A DNA stretch of 61,329 nucleotides from Eledone cirrhosa (Eukaryota): positions 1-61,329 of the forward strand of contig CAXHJY010001558.1 in assembly GCA_964016885.1 (NCBI GenBank), given 5' to 3'. Position numbers and translations under genes: made by a program. Below the pieces are notes generated by a model. The model saw nothing but the letters and a program-made list of their open reading frames with translations. It had not been told where the DNA came from and ran no database searches. Positions 42,712 through 56,902 of this stretch are shown piece after piece (position 1 is the stretch's first letter; each line of letters begins with the position of its first letter).

Positions 42712-43026
42712 GTCTGGGATGCCACTTGCAACGACACTTTCTCCAGCAGCAACCCGATGCAGTCTGCGACTAACCCAGGTTAGTCGTGTAGCACGTCGGA
42801 CTGAGGAGGGCAAACTCTCAAAGCACCGGTCGCTCTCCGATAGTTTTGCGGTTGTGCCCTTAACAGTGGAGACTTCTGGAGTCCTTGGCCCTAGGGCTAC
42901 CTCCCTACTCACCACCATAGGCGCTGAGCTGGCCAGCTGCAGGCGTGAGCCTCGCGAGATGGAATGGCTCCAGCGCATCTCCCTTACCATCCTCCGCGGA
43001 AACGCCTTCTCCATTCTATCCGCCGT
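42712..43026 (+). mobile_element. CRE-clade LINE restriction-like endonuclease (RLE) C-terminal fragment
   Basis: WDATC...EEGKLSKHRSLSDSFAVVPLTVETSGVLGPRA...WLQRISLTILRGNAFSIL. Confidence 0.85.
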
Positions 43027-43059
43027 TACACTCCCTATATATATATATATATATATATC

Positions 43060-43239
43060 ATTCATTTTATTAAGGCTAAAGAGTTATTCATGTTGCTCTG
43101 GAGTCTCACCTGTTTCTCAGTCATCAGACTGTGAGAAACAGGTGAGACTCCAGAGTAACAAGACTCACTATTTAGCCTTAATAAAATGAATATTTAAACT
43201 CTACTTCGGTGTATTGAGTACTCTTTTCTCCCGGCCGAC

Positions 43240-43242
<3 letters not shown>
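43060..43242. mobile_element. PLE family 4 foldback with degenerate HHR
   Basis: Palindrome 43060-43191 centred near 43123-43126; minus strand reads CTGATGA-CTGA-GAAAC; (TA)n flanks; bulged hairpin at 43198-43219. Confidence 0.65.
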
Positions 43243-43321
<79 letters not shown>

Positions 43322-43653
43322 AAAAAAAACTCACCTCTTAACTTTAAATCTTTAATTTTTAATTCTTATTAATTCTTTTTAATTGTAACACTCAACATTT
43401 GATAAGATGAATTTCAATAATACATCGAAACCGGTAATACTTCATATACTTTATATACATTATAAAACCCTTTTTTTTAAAGAATTGTCCGTCTCAATTA
43501 TTCAATAATGTCATCTCTTCAATAATGTCACTTTGACGAATCAAAGGAGGAAAAAAAAAAAAAAGAAAAACAGTCCCTAAAATATATTTTCTGTGCTATT
43601 TCCAACTTCACCTTTTCTATATAACTACTGTTTTGTAAGGAACCTTACTTCCC

Positions 43654-43727
<74 letters not shown>

Positions 43728-44805
43728 ACCAAAGATTAATATGGTTCGTTTTCTCTTTATTCTCCCCACATCTTCCCTTTCTTTTGTCTTTATTCCTCTG
43801 TTCTCTTACATCTTTTTTTTTCTTCTTTTATTCATTTATTCATTTATTCATTTATTCATTTATTTATTCATTTATTTATTTATTTGTTTATTTCTTGCCT
43901 TTTCCTCGTCTTTGCATCCCCCTTCTATATTTCTACCTTGCTCTACGTCCTTTTCTTCTCTAAGTTTATCATATTATTTGTGGTGTAAAAACGTTGAGAT
44001 TTGGTGAAATAAATCACTGCCACTACTGGAATTGAATAATCAAAACCGTAGCGGTATGTCGCATATCAAATCTTATATTTTGTCTGATGAAAACGTACTT
44101 AAACACCATTGTACCTTTGAAATATGTATAATTATATATATATTTTGATTATGAGAATATTTTTCATTTATTAACATTTTGAATAATATATAATATATAA
44201 TATAGAAATGGCTTCTACAGGACTAGAATATATATATATATATATATATATATACACTGGAATTGAACCATCAAGGCCGTTGAGGTATGTCATACATCAA
44301 TTCATATATTTTATCTGACGAGGACGAACTGAAAAAAAAAAACAGCACAGTACCTATATATAATAAAACATATATTTTGATTATGTGAATGTCTTCATTT
44401 ATTAATATTCTGAATAATATATATATAAATATATATATATAAGAATATATATATGATCGTGTGCATGAATAAGTGTGTATAACGGATTTATTAGCATGTC
44501 TAGATTTAAAGTAACAATTATCTAGGTTAGACTTTGTCAAGTAAAGAAGAAATTAAATTGAAGGTGATCTCAGGTTTTGCACTCACACACACACTCACAC
44601 ACACTCACACACACACATACATACACACAAACCATTCGAATTTCACTGTTTTTGTCAACGTGACCTAATTGTTGTTCTATATCGTTTTATAACCGGTTTT
44701 TTTCTTTTTCTTCACTCTCTTAACAGAGACGCCATGACAATGAAACAGGTGTCGTGAGGAGCAGCGATAACCGGCGAAGTAATGTATAATACTTTCAGGG
44801 AGGAG

Positions 44806-44896
<91 letters not shown>

Positions 44897-46194
44897 CGTA
44901 CACACACATGCACTCTCGCCCACAATTTCACCACTCAACTCTCCAGTTAGGTGTTTGTATGAAACTAAAAGACTAAAGAAGCAGACGACCGTAGTTAGGT
45001 TTTCTGTTGTTGGTCGAATGGAGGAGGTGGAGGGGGAGTGGTGGGAGAAGAAGAAGAAGAAGAAGACCACCACCACCAACAGCAACAGTATGAGCAACAG
45101 CAACAACAACAACAACAACAAGTGTTAGACTAGATGTTTTCTTGTTTTAGCTAGAGAGGAAAACTAGATATAGACAGACAGTGAAAGTACATTACTATAA
45201 ATAACAGGATATAGTGTAACAACAGTTGTACTACTGCTACTACTACTACTACTATTACTACTATAGCTACTACTACTACTACTACTACTACTACTATAGC
45301 TGCTGCTACTACTACTGCTGCTGCTATTACTACTAATAATAATAATATTGCTGTTCCTACACACACTACTACCACCTCCACCACACTACTACTACTACTA
45401 CTACTACTACTACAATTACTGCCACCACTACTCCTTTTGCTGCTGCTGTTGTTACTTCACCCGCTAACTTCACCACTACCACCACTACCACCACTACCAC
45501 CACTACCACTATGGTGTGTGACCTATGACCTTTGTGGTGTGGGACCGGTGACCCTTGTGGTGTGGGACCTATGACCCTTGTGCTGTGTGATCTATGACCC
45601 CCGTGGTGTGGGTCCTATGACCATAGTGGCGTGGCACCAATTGAGGCACGTTTGTTTTAATTAAAATCAAAACCCGTCCATCAAAATCTCTGTTTGATCA
45701 ACTAGACAAACAATGGTAAATATTTTATCGACCATAGACTCACAAAATCGTTGGCAAGTTTTTAAACTCCCGGCAAATATAGGTACATCTAATTATACAA
45801 ATTTATATAAAACTGGGGACTCTTAGGTTCAGTGATGCGCCTTTCTGATATCTGAGTTCTAAACGGCTACCTGGTTGAACCTTACGGCAACAGCAACTCT
45901 GGGCGCCATCATTGTCAAGTTTACAGCTAAATTTACATAGCTCAAATACTCTGTGTGACTATAACTCTTTTAATTAATATCCAACCATATATTTCACACT
46001 AAATCATAAAAATATTTGTAGTCAGGGCGATTTTATGAGATGTTCAGCAATGGAGCGAGAAAAATAAACAAAGAAACAAATTTGATATTGATTTCAACTG
46101 TGTATCTGTAGATCGAAGTGAGGTTTTAATAGTTTCGTTTCCAAACCTGTTATATAACGATATCTGGATCCATTTTAAAGATCTTTTAACGGAC

Positions 46195-46545
46195 ACTACT
46201 TTCCGTTCCGCGGTGGCAAACCCCTCGTCTGGGATGCCACTTGCATCGACACTTTCTCCAGCCGCAACCTGGTGCAGTCTGCGACTAACCCAGGTTCTGC
46301 TGCTGAGGAGGCCAAACTCTCCAAATACCGGTTGCTCTCCGATGGTTTTGCGGTTGTACTCTTGACAGTGGAGACTTCCGGTGTCTTCGGCCCTAGGGCT
46401 ACCTCCCTGCTCACCACCATAGGCACTGAGCTGGTCAGCCGTAGGTGTGAGCCTCGCAAGTTTGAATGGCTCTTCCGGCGCATCTTCCTTACCATCCTCC
46501 GGGGAAACGCCTTCTCCATTCTGTCCGCCGGGGCTGTGGGGCGGC
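46195..46545 (+). mobile_element. CRE-clade LINE RLE fragment
   Basis: FPFRGGKPLVWDATCIDTFSSRNLVQSATNPGSAAEEAKLSKY...ILRGNAFSIL. Confidence 0.88.
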
Positions 46546-46564
46546 CATCAATATGATTACTTAA

Positions 46565-47962
46565 CCCTTTCTATACCTGATAGATAGGTTGCCCTACAAA
46601 AATTGATACCTCTATAAATTTTAGCTACCAGTTCCTCCTTATTCTTTATACTTTAATTATGTTATTGGTTTCAGCCATTAGACTGCAGCCATGTTGGAGC
46701 GACGCCTTAAATGGATTTATTTAGTCGATCATATAAAGACGCCAGTACTTACTATTTTCAAAATGGCGGCACAATAATTAGTGTTTCCTTTTTTTCTTTC
46801 TCTATTACATTTTTCCTGTTTATTTTCGTTGAGAAACAATTTTAGATAATTACCAATTATTTCAGTGTGTATGATAGTATGTCAGTAACAAGCGAACTAA
46901 TACAACAAGCCTTACATGCAAACATATATATTATATGAGTTATTTCGAATATAAGCTACGCTCTAGATAAATTGAAAAAAAAATAAATAACCAACCTTTT
47001 ACTACTATTGCTCAACTAACGGCGTTTCATTGGTTACATAACATTCATTTGAAACAAATAAACAATTAACAGTGAACATAACAACATATGTTAACTTTTA
47101 ATTGAGGAATCGGATAATGAATAAACTAACTTTCAATCAAATAAATAGACATTTCCTATCATTGGTAAAATTAAGAATTTAAAAAAAAGAAAAAGATTTA
47201 AAAACGGGTAAAAGTTGAGAATTGCGGCGTAATTAAAAATGAATTCTGTAGTTATAAATACAATAAAATAAAACGAAGGCTTCTTTGAACTACCGAAACG
47301 AATAAGTTTCCTTTTAGCATAGAATTTTTTAATGATATAAATATATGTTTGCATTTGTATTTTTAGATCGTAACTGCTAGTGGTGTGAATGTAATAGATT
47401 TGAATAAATAGGACTCCTATCATGCTCTCTAGATTCATAGGAGGTCTACAATTCAGCATTCTAAGCTAAGGAAATAATCATTAATTATAGAGTAGTGCTA
47501 TTGGTACCAATTTATATATAACCAAGAGCAATGAGCGAGAGTAAAGAAGGCATTAGCAGTCTGTACAAAAGAATTTATTAGTGGTAAGAAACTGTCAGGA
47601 GAGCTGGACAGCAGAAGGTCTTCAGAGAAGAAACTGTCAGGAGAGCTGGACAGCAGAAGGTCTTCAGAGAAGAAACCTCCCACTCAAGCGAGTGTTTCGT
47701 CCCTTAACTTCTAAGGGTAACAATTTATATATAACTAAGAACAGTGAGCAAGTGTAAAGACCCAAGAAGTCTGTACAAAAGAATATAATACGATTTTTAT
47801 AGGGTCTAGTGGCTATGGTTTCAATGTTGTTTAATGACGAGAAAATTATGAAACCTAAATATACTTTATAAACAACAATCAAAGAGTGTTTTAGAACATT
47901 TAATCACTTACGATCGTTTCATCCCAACACAAGGCCGATTTCATCGGAGTATATAGTAAGGG
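46565..47962 (+). mobile_element. Degenerate piggyBac element
   Basis: TTAA on both sides; TIRs CCCTTTCTATA / TATAGTAAGGG match 10/11; internal relic GVNVIDLNK*DSYH..IHRRS (~47382-47450) resembles the GGVD..DQ..SY...RRS motif. Confidence 0.55.
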
Positions 47963-48202
47963 TTAAAACATAGACATGGCTGAGTGGTTAAAGAGTTCGC
48001 TATGTAATCACGTGGTTTCGGGTTCAGTTACACTGCGTGGTATTATGGGTACTTCACAATACGTCATATAAACTATACAACAATGGTATGGAATATGAAG
48101 AATTCAAAAATAGATATTTAATTCAATGTATCCAAGCAACCTAATACATTTATATTTAGTAGCCGACTCCGTGGAAATTCCACAGTTTAATTAGAAAGGA
48201 CC

Positions 48203-48266
<64 letters not shown>

Positions 48267-48453
48267 CACACAATACGAAATAACTCGAATAAATCGATAA
48301 AATAAGTACCAAATAAAATAAAAACTGGGGTTAATAGGATCAACTAAATCCCTTCAAGGTGGTGCCCCAGCATGGCCAGAGTCTAATGACACAAACTAGT
48401 AAACAAATAAAATAATAATCAAGAAGAATCTAATGCTCATAGTTATGTCGTTG

Positions 48454-48496
<43 letters not shown>

Positions 48497-48504
<8 letters not shown>

Positions 48505-48646
48505 AAGGAAAACACAAAGGACAGAATCCCTCTTCAGTTGTCTGATGTGGGTCTCGGACGTTTCTTCTTATGAAGAAACGTCCGAGACCCACAGCAGACA
48601 ACTGAAGAAGGGATCTGTCCTTTGTCTGTGTTTTCCTTATATTTCT
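48497..48646. mobile_element. Foldback with ~72-bp arms and an HHR 3' half (GAAACGTC)
   Basis: Centre TTAT at 48568-48571; GAAACGTC-CGAGACCC on both strands; PLE-like. Confidence 0.6.
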
Positions 48647-48670
48647 AAACCACACAGCACCTTGCCTCCC

Positions 48671-48770
<100 letters not shown>

Positions 48771-49356
48771 ATAAAGACAATAATTTTTTTGTTTGTTTTA
48801 AATTAACTTCCAGAAGTAACATATCTTAGAAAATGTTTGATCTAAGTTTATCCATAAGTGTAGATATCCAGTGAAGTAGTTACACCAGTCTATATGAAAG
48901 ACAGAATTAATCCCTAACATAATCCCTATTATAATCCCAGGGAGGATTAAAGTATTAATTTCATATAAAAATGACCCTATATCATCAGAGAAGGCAAATA
49001 TACTTAATTCTATCACATGATCTCTATAATTTTTATCTCTTTTCTACTTTAGTCCAAACTATCAACTTATAATAATAAAGAATGTTTTTACTCATAGCTT
49101 TTCCAGTTATGATGACTTCAGTTATTAGAAAGGGGCTGCATTCAACATACTTTCCAACATAGTCCCTGCTGCAAGTAATTGGAATTGATAAGTTTAACAT
49201 ACAGGTATTGAATTCAAAAATTCTAACCATCCTAAAACTAAAACGCCCAGCTGAGGGCACAAAATAAATTGCTACGGCCATCGCTGGTGCCCCCACACTG
49301 CGGGAGCACGGCGAAGTTTCCCCCTTCCCCCCATTAAATCCAGCAATGCCCCGAGG

Positions 49357-49527
49357 CGGACGCCATGCTTTGCTGCATAGAGTTACGGCCTTTTATGATC
49401 TGAGGCCCTTTATGAAATCCCGCTGAGGTTAACTTTGCCTTTCATCCTTACGGGGATGGATAAAATAAAGTACCAGTAATGCACTGGGGTAATTGCTGGC
49501 CTTGTGCCAAAAGTAGAAACAATTATT
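49357..49527 (+). mobile_element. SINE S1
   Basis: Core and tail match. Confidence 0.85.
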
Positions 49528-49838
49528 AAAGACCCTTGTCTAATATATGAAACAGTAGAATTAAAGTGAAAACCACGGGAAGAGAACCACTTCACCTTCC
49601 TTGTCTGAGCTCTAAAAACAAATGAAAAAGTTGACTAAATACTAGTTTGACCTTATTCTAGGAAAGAATAAATTGGGGAGTTTCGAGAAATAAGGTTCCA
49701 GTCTGTTTCTCAGAAGATTAAAAGTTTGTTTTTGTTATTCGTCATCGGTTATTTCCGTACACACTCGTAGGTTAAATAGCAAATAATAACACATTTTACG
49801 AAATACAAATCTCTAAATTATTTAATAATAGAATGAAC

Positions 49839-50298
49839 TCTATAGATAATGAACACAACCACAAGGATATGGTGCGAACGTGGAAGAGCCGAACTCCCAC
49901 TGTCATCGCCTCTATCTCTCTCGTCCTCCCCATCTCTCCGTATGGTGAGCAAATTGGGTCCCACGTGCTGGCCTCCCCACAGCCCCGGCGGACAGAATGG
50001 AGAAGGCTTTTCCCTGGAGGATGGTAAGGGAGATGCGCTGGAAGAGCCATTCCATCTCGCGAGGATCACACCTGCGGCTGGCCAGCTCAGCGCCTATGGT
50101 GGTGAGTAGGGAGGTGGCCCTAGGGCCAAGGACACCAGAAGTCTCCACTGCCAAGGGCACGGCCGCAAATCTATCGGAGAGCGACCGGTACTTGGAGAGT
50201 TTGGCCTCCTCAGCCCGACGTGCTGCAGAACCTGGGTTAGTCGCAGAATGCACCAGGTTGCAGCTGGAGAAAGTAACGCTGCAAGTGGCATCCCAAAC
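49839..50298 (-). mobile_element. CRE-clade LINE 3' end (RLE plus 3' UTR)
   Basis: ORF 49912-50253 (AEEAKLSKY...VETSGVLGP...WLFQRISLTILQG); UTR shared with 53437-53628 and 57305-57520. Confidence 0.88.
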
Positions 50299-50325
50299 TG
50301 TAAGTTGAAATTAAATTAAAATAAT

Positions 50326-50630
50326 TGTTTCTACTTTTGGCACAAGGCCAGCAATTACCCAGTGTATTACTGGTACTTTATTCTATCGACCCCGTAAGGA
50401 TGAAACGCAAAGTCAACCTCGGCGGGATTTGAACTCAATAATTGTTTCTACTTTTGGCACAAGGCCAGCAATTACCCAGTGCATTACTGGTACTTTATTC
50501 TATCGACCCCGTAAGGATGAAAGGCAAAGTCAACCTCGGCGGGATTTGAACTCAGATCATAAAGAGCCGTAACTCTATGCTGCAAAGCATGGCGTCCGAC
50601 CCTCTACCGATACTGCCAATCCACCGCCTT
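50326..50630 (-). mobile_element. SINE S1 with duplicated 3' half and 15-bp TSD
   Basis: TTAAATTAAAATAAT at 50311-50325 and 50631-50645. Confidence 0.9.
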
Positions 50631-50789
50631 TTAAATTAAAATAATGTGGGAGAAGGTGTTTCCACGGAGGATGGTAAGGGAGATGTACAGTTACAACGAT
50701 AGATTAGCTTACGCATTGATAATTACTGGTGTAATCACGGTGATATTAATTACTGTGATACTAATTCAAATACTGGTGTTACTTTGTTG

Positions 50790-51121
50790 CCCTTGCCATT
50801 CTGAGTTCAAATCCCGCCGAGGTTTACTTTGCCTTTCATCCTTACGGGGTCGATAAAATAAAGTACCAGTAATACACTGGGGTAATTGCTGGCCTTGTGC
50901 CAAAAGTAGAAACAATTATTAACGAGCTAGGGCAGTGGGTTGGCAGTATCGATTGAAGGTCGGATGCCATGCTTTTCAGCATAGAGTTACGCCCCTTTAC
51001 GGTCTGAGATCAAATGCTGCCGAGATTAACTTTGCCTTTCATCCTTACGGGGTCGGTATAATAAAGTACCAGTAATGCACTGGGATAATTGCTGGCCTTG
51101 TGCCTAAAGTAGAAACAATTA
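50790..51121 (+). mobile_element. Two SINE S1 copies
   Basis: Consensus match. Confidence 0.9.
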
Positions 51122-51560
51122 AACGACTCTACTAAATGACAGCAGTTCAGGATTAAAAATAATAAATATATATTTTAAATATAAGTATGTATACGCACAT
51201 ACATATGTATGTGCGTATACATACTTATATCTAAGTAACAGCCGTTCTAAGAGTGAGAAATGAAATTTCGTTTCATTTTTCCCAATATATATTTTATTTG
51301 ATGTAAATTTAGACAAAAACATTTCAACCTCTTATTGGTGTTTAGTTCTCCACCGTAAATATAAATAAAGTGGAATAATTAGGGAATACATATATAAATC
51401 TACATGGATATAATCTATTGTAATAAGAATGAAGGATTACCTTAATTCACCCTTTAATGTTAAGTCAAGCTTAACCTAATTTAATGACCCTGTTTATCAT
51501 AACTGCACTGGTGGGTTTCAAGCTGAATGGTTTTCCTAAGAAATAATTATCGGAGTTTTC

Positions 51561-51629
<69 letters not shown>

Positions 51630-51635
51630 ATATAG

Positions 51636-51907
51636 TGGAGGCTCGTGGCCTAGTGGAAAGGGTGTTGGACTTACGATGATAATGTCGTGGGTTCGATTCC
51701 TGGGCTGCGTGTGGTGTTCTTGAGCAAAACACTTCATTTCACGTTGCTCCAGTATACTCAGCTGAAATTGAGTACCAGCAATAGCTGGGGGTTTAACCCT
51801 GCGATGGACTGGCGTCTTGTCCGGGGGGGAGTCTTGTATTCTCAGTCGCTTCACGCCATGAAACCGGGATAAGTACCGGCCAAATGACCCTCCTAGCTTA
51901 AGACAGA

Positions 51908-51910
<3 letters not shown>
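51636..51910 (+). mobile_element. SINE S2, full length
   Basis: A-box TGGCCTAGTGG, B-box GGTTCGATTCC, same body as 26544-26812. Confidence 0.88.
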
Positions 51911-51983
<73 letters not shown>

Positions 51984-52716
51984 TTTACTCCCAGTTAAAA
52001 TGAAGAATAAAATGTGTGAACTGTTCTTCTCTAGACATTCTTTCTAACCGTTTTTTAACACTCATACTAATTCGATATGTTATTACAAAAATAGCCCAAG
52101 CCATTACGATTGCTTAACACCAACAAAATATGACAGGGGAATCCCCTCCGCCACACACACACACACACACACATAGACAGACAGACAGAGGAAACATTTC
52201 ACATAAACTGTTTGTCCCATTTTCATGTTCGGAATCTAAACTTTGTCAATAAAACATAAAAACTGAACTCAAGCAGGATTTTTGCTATCTTATTTGATCA
52301 AAATTCCTTTGAATTCTAGAAAACAACAACACCAGCAACAACAACAAGAATAACAAATGATGATGATGATTGTTCTGAAGTTCGCTAATATGTAACCTGT
52401 TTTACTGCCAGACCTCAATACACATCTGGAATATATACACCACCGCCTACTTTTATTTAATATACATTGCAACACATTTTAAGACAAGTTTAAGTCTGTT
52501 TAATATTTAATAAAATAAATGTAACCCAATCTAATAAATTTAATTTAAGTAACAGAATTACAAGAATGTCATACGGAAGTTATAGAAATATTTATGAAAA
52601 TAATTGAAATCTAGCAGACGACAGGCGTAGCTATGTGGTTAGAGGGTTTATTTTACAGCCTATGTCATCTCAGATTCACTTTTATTCCATAGCATCTCAG
52701 TTGTCCTTCATTACAG

Positions 52717-53066
52717 ACCTTTACGGACTGAGTTCAAATCTCGCCGAGTTTAATTTTGCCTTTCATCCTTACGGGGTCGATAAAAGAAAGTACCAGTCAC
52801 GCACTGGGGGCCGATTTAATCGACTTTCCCCTCCCCCCAAATTGCTGGCCTTGTGCTTATATAAGAAACCATTATTATTACTATTATTATGTGGTTTGAC
52901 AGCATCGGTAGAGCGTCAGACGCCATGCTTTGCAGTATAGAGTTATGGCTCTTTACGTTCTGAGTTCAAATCCCGCCGAGGTTAGCTTTGCCTTTCATCC
53001 TTACGGAGTTCGATAAAATAAAGTACCAGTAATGTACTGGGGTCGATTTAATCGACTAACCCCTCC
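52717..53066 (+). mobile_element. Two SINE S1 copies
   Basis: Consensus match. Confidence 0.88.
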
Positions 53067-53436
53067 CCTTCAAACTATTTATTTTACTCATAATTGCACG
53101 AGGGAGTCGTTAGGGCGCCATATTGTCATACGGCGTTTCTTTGGCATTTTAAAACCTGGTGGAGGCCAACTCCTCTCCAGGTCTGAATACAGCAGATTTC
53201 TTCCATAGAAGGATAGAGACAGTGAGAGAAAGATATAGGGGAAGAATTGACTCCAGTATTTAACTGGTACTTCTTTTGTTTATCAGGATGAAAGGCAAAA
53301 TTGACCTCGGTGGGATTTGAACTCAGAGAGTAGAGAGCTGACACGAATAACACAAAGCATTCTCTTTATTTGAACTTTGGTTGTGAATGGATTTGTTGGT
53401 TGGAATTGGGATGAACTAGATACACATTAGCAATTA

Positions 53437-53628
53437 TCTATAGATAATGAACACAACCACAAGGATATGGTCCGAACGTGGAAGAGCCGAACTCCCACTG
53501 TCATCGCCTCCATCTCTCTCGCCCTCCCCATCTCACTGTATGGTGAGCAAATGGGGTCCCACGTGCTGGCCTCCCCACAGCCCCGGTGGACAGAATGGAG
53601 AAGGTGTTTCCCCGGAGTAAGATAAGGG
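53437..53628 (-). mobile_element. CRE-clade LINE 3' end
   Basis: Near-identical to 49839-50030. Confidence 0.85.
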
Positions 53629-53678
53629 ACCGACGTTCTAACGACTCATAATTAAAATCGGTTAAACGAATCACATTG

Positions 53679-54102
53679 TTAAATACATTTACAGGGCGGT
53701 GGATTGGCAGAATCGGTAGAGGGTCGGGCGTCATGCTTTGACGCAAAGAGTTACGGCCCTTTCCATTCTGAGTTCAAATCCCGCCGAGGTTAACTTTGCC
53801 TTTCATCCTTACGGGGTCGATAAAATAAAGTACCAGTAATACACTGGATAATTGCTGGCCTTGTGCCAAAAGTAGAAACAATTATTAAATACATTTACAG
53901 GGCGGTGGATTGGCAGTATCGGGAGAGGGTCGGACGCCATGCTTTGACGTATGGAGTTACGGCCCTTGCCATTCTGAGTTCAAATCCCGCCGAGGTTAAC
54001 TTTGCCTTTCATCCTTACGGGGTCGATAAAATAAAGTACCAGTAATGTACTGGATGATTGCTGGCCTTGTGCCTAACGTAGAAACAATTATTAAATACAT
54101 TT
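53679..54102 (+). mobile_element. Tandem duplication (206-bp unit) of SINE S1 with its TSD
   Basis: TTAAATACATTT at 53679, 53885 and 54091 brackets two near-identical SINEs. Confidence 0.9.
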
Positions 54103-54733
54103 TAGACACTGTAATCTTAACCAACTCCATTAAATCAAATCGACATTTTTAAACTGGTAAGAGACATTTTATTGTGTACAGTTTCTACATTAAACTTAAA
54201 CAAGTGTTATTCATAAAGAACAAGTTAAACTTGTTAGCTGTGTTATAGTATATATTAATATTCTAACATTTCAAAATTGACATTATATTTGGGTTGGATA
54301 TTAGAAAAGTATAGTCAACTTGTGCCTTTTAGTTACTTAAGTAACATTGTTACATATTAGTAAATACTCTTAATATTATTTAAAACGAAATTATCATATA
54401 TAGAGGAAGAATCCACCCATTCACATTCGCCAAACAATTCACTACACCCTCGTCGCCCTCTAGATTTAACCTTCTAAATGTCTCATGCAAGTCTGTTAAT
54501 AGGTAAATATATAACATACGACAGACATTTTAGAGCCATTTTCCGTGTTAAAGCAAGGGTTTAGCATTGAGAAACCCATAACTGGTTATATATTCAATAC
54601 GGGATCTTTTTGAGGCGATGCTTTTTTACAGCTAAATGTCCCTCCTGCCGCCTCCCTCATACGACACACAGACATACGAGGTAACCGTTCTAAACCGGAT
54701 ATACACAGTGTACATATAAAATATTGAAATAAT

Positions 54734-54950
54734 GGTTTCTTATATAGGCACAAGGCCAGCAATTGTGGGGCGGGGGGAGTCGATTAAATCGACTTCCCCC
54801 TCCGTAGTTGGTACTTTATTCTATCGATCCCGTAAGGATGAAAGGCAAAGATAACCTCGGCGGGATTTGAACTCAGAACGTAAAGGGCCGCAACTCTATA
54901 CTGCAAAGCATGACATCCGACCCTCTACCGACACTGCCAATCCACCGCCC
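54734..54950 (-). mobile_element. Full-length SINE S1 with 17-bp TSD
   Basis: TAAAATATTGAAATAAT at 54717-54733 and 54951-54967. Confidence 0.93.
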
Positions 54951-55077
54951 TAAAATATTGAAATAATAAATAGTGCAATCCTTAGATTCATTTCGATTAT
55001 TCCTAGGTCTCTCTCTCTCCCTCTCTCTCTCTTATATATATATATAAGAGAGAGAGGGATATATATATATATATAAT

Positions 55078-55238
55078 AATAATTGTTTCTACTTTTGGCA
55101 CAAGACCAGCAATTACCCAGTGCATTACTGGTACTTTATTTTATCGACCCCCGTAAGGATGAAAGGCAAAGTTAACCTCGGTGGGATTTGAACTCAGAAT
55201 GGCAAGGGCCGTAACTCTATACGTCAAAGCATGGCGCC
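55078..55238 (-). mobile_element. SINE S1, truncated
   Basis: Consensus match. Confidence 0.88.
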
Positions 55239-55529
55239 CGTATATATAATAATTATAATAATAGTAATAATAATAATAATAATAAAAGGACGATTTGTTA
55301 TGTCTTCATTACGTTTATTGATTGGCGACGCGCGTTTCGTCGTTGATCAGCTCAAGCTTATATCTATATCGATCTGGCCCGACTCTAGAATCCAAAGCTC
55401 GTCGGACTTCTGCTGTGGTAATGACACCTCGTTGCAGACGTGAATCTAAACATCGAGTGCTCACCTGGGTGAACCTACAGTAACTGCACGTTACACTCCC
55501 TGGATACATACATCTACATATATATATAC

Positions 55530-55577
<48 letters not shown>

Positions 55578-56443
55578 TATTTCCGATGTGCAGTTCGATC
55601 TATAAAAATAATTATAATTCGGTAGAATACCAACGTTTTAAATTTAGAGTCCTTGTATTTTATATATGGGTCCTCTTTGTGACATATGGTACAGGCCCCC
55701 TCAATAGCTTAAACTGAGCCTGTTTAAACTAGATTTTCGGTGGGATTTGACAGAGCAGAGAAACGGAATAGATACTACAAACAATTCTATCCGAAGTTCT
55801 AACGACTCTGTTAATTCGCAGCTTTTTTCAAACTAGGACTTCAACAACTAAGTGTAGGGTTAATTGGTCATTAATTAGTGCTAATTGTGTATATGTTTAT
55901 CTTGACAGAAACTTAATGAGTTTATGTATTTAGCAATATGGCGTCTAGGCAGTGAATTAGCAGAGTCATTAGAACATCGAGTGTAATGTCTTGTAGCTTT
56001 AATTCCAGCTCTCTACGTTCTGAGTTTAAAACACGCCGAGGTCAACTTTGCTTTTCATCCTTTGGAGATAGGAAAAAACGTACCAGTCTTGTACTGGGGT
56101 CGATTCTTCCTTTATATCTCTTTCTCACTTCCATTCTCTCACTCTCTCTATCATTCTCGGGAAGAAAATCCCATATACCCAGGCCTGGAAAAGAGATGGG
56201 TTCCGCCAGTTTTTTAAAAAGTGCCCTAAAAACGCCGAATGTCATCATACGGTGCCCCCCTACGACTCGCTCAAGAGTTACCGTATCCTACCATACTTAT
56301 TAAGTCCTGGTTTCATCTTCAATCACCTTTAAAATCAATGATTGTTGTTTCTAATCAGATTAGCAAACAACACAATGATTATAATTTAAAACAATAGCGA
56401 AATTAATTATTCCAACGACATAATATCTTTAATTACATGTCGA

Positions 56444-56637
56444 GCTACTTACAGACGACTGACTGGTGTGATATTATTACATACTACACAGACGACTGGT
56501 GTAATATTATTACATACTACACAGACAACTGGTGTGATATTATGAACATACTACACAGACAACTGGTGTAATATTATTACATACTACACAGACAACTGGT
56601 GTGATATTATGACATACTACACAGATAACTCGTGTAA
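56444..56637. repeat. ~33-bp minisatellite x~5.5
   Basis: CATACTACACAGACAACTGGTGTGATATTATTA. Confidence 0.92.
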
Positions 56638-56641
56638 TGAA

Positions 56642-56902
56642 ATGATGATGGTGGTGGTGGTGGTAGTGTGGTGATGATGATGGTGGTGGTGTGGTGATGA
56701 TGGTGGTGATGATGGTGGTGGTGGTGTGGTGGCAGTGGTGTGGTGGTGGTGGTGGTGGTGTTGGTGTGGTGGTGGTGGTATGATAATGATGAAGATGGTG
56801 GTGTGGTGGTGGTGGTGATGGTGGTGTTGGTGGTGTGATGGTGGTGGTGGTGGTGTGATGGTGATGAAGATGGTGGTGCTAGGGGTGTGAAGGTGGTGGT
56901 GA
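56642..56902. repeat. (GGT/GAT)n array
   Basis: Direct reading. Confidence 0.95.

Noticed and set aside
44020-44425. Diverged direct duplicate containing CTGATGA/CTGACGA
   Set aside because: Probably decayed PLE ends, but GAAA and stem I cannot be built, so not counted as ribozymes.
44708-44760. GAAACAGGTGTC-GTGAGGA with a possible stem I
   Set aside because: No CUGANGA core between the stems.
48800-49260. Degenerate LINE endonuclease or RT traces (also 14190-14450)
   Set aside because: Only faint motif resemblance with many stops; cannot be supported without a search.
51636-51705. tRNA gene (also other SINE heads)
   Set aside because: A and B boxes are present, but no complete cloverleaf forms and the sequence continues into a SINE body.
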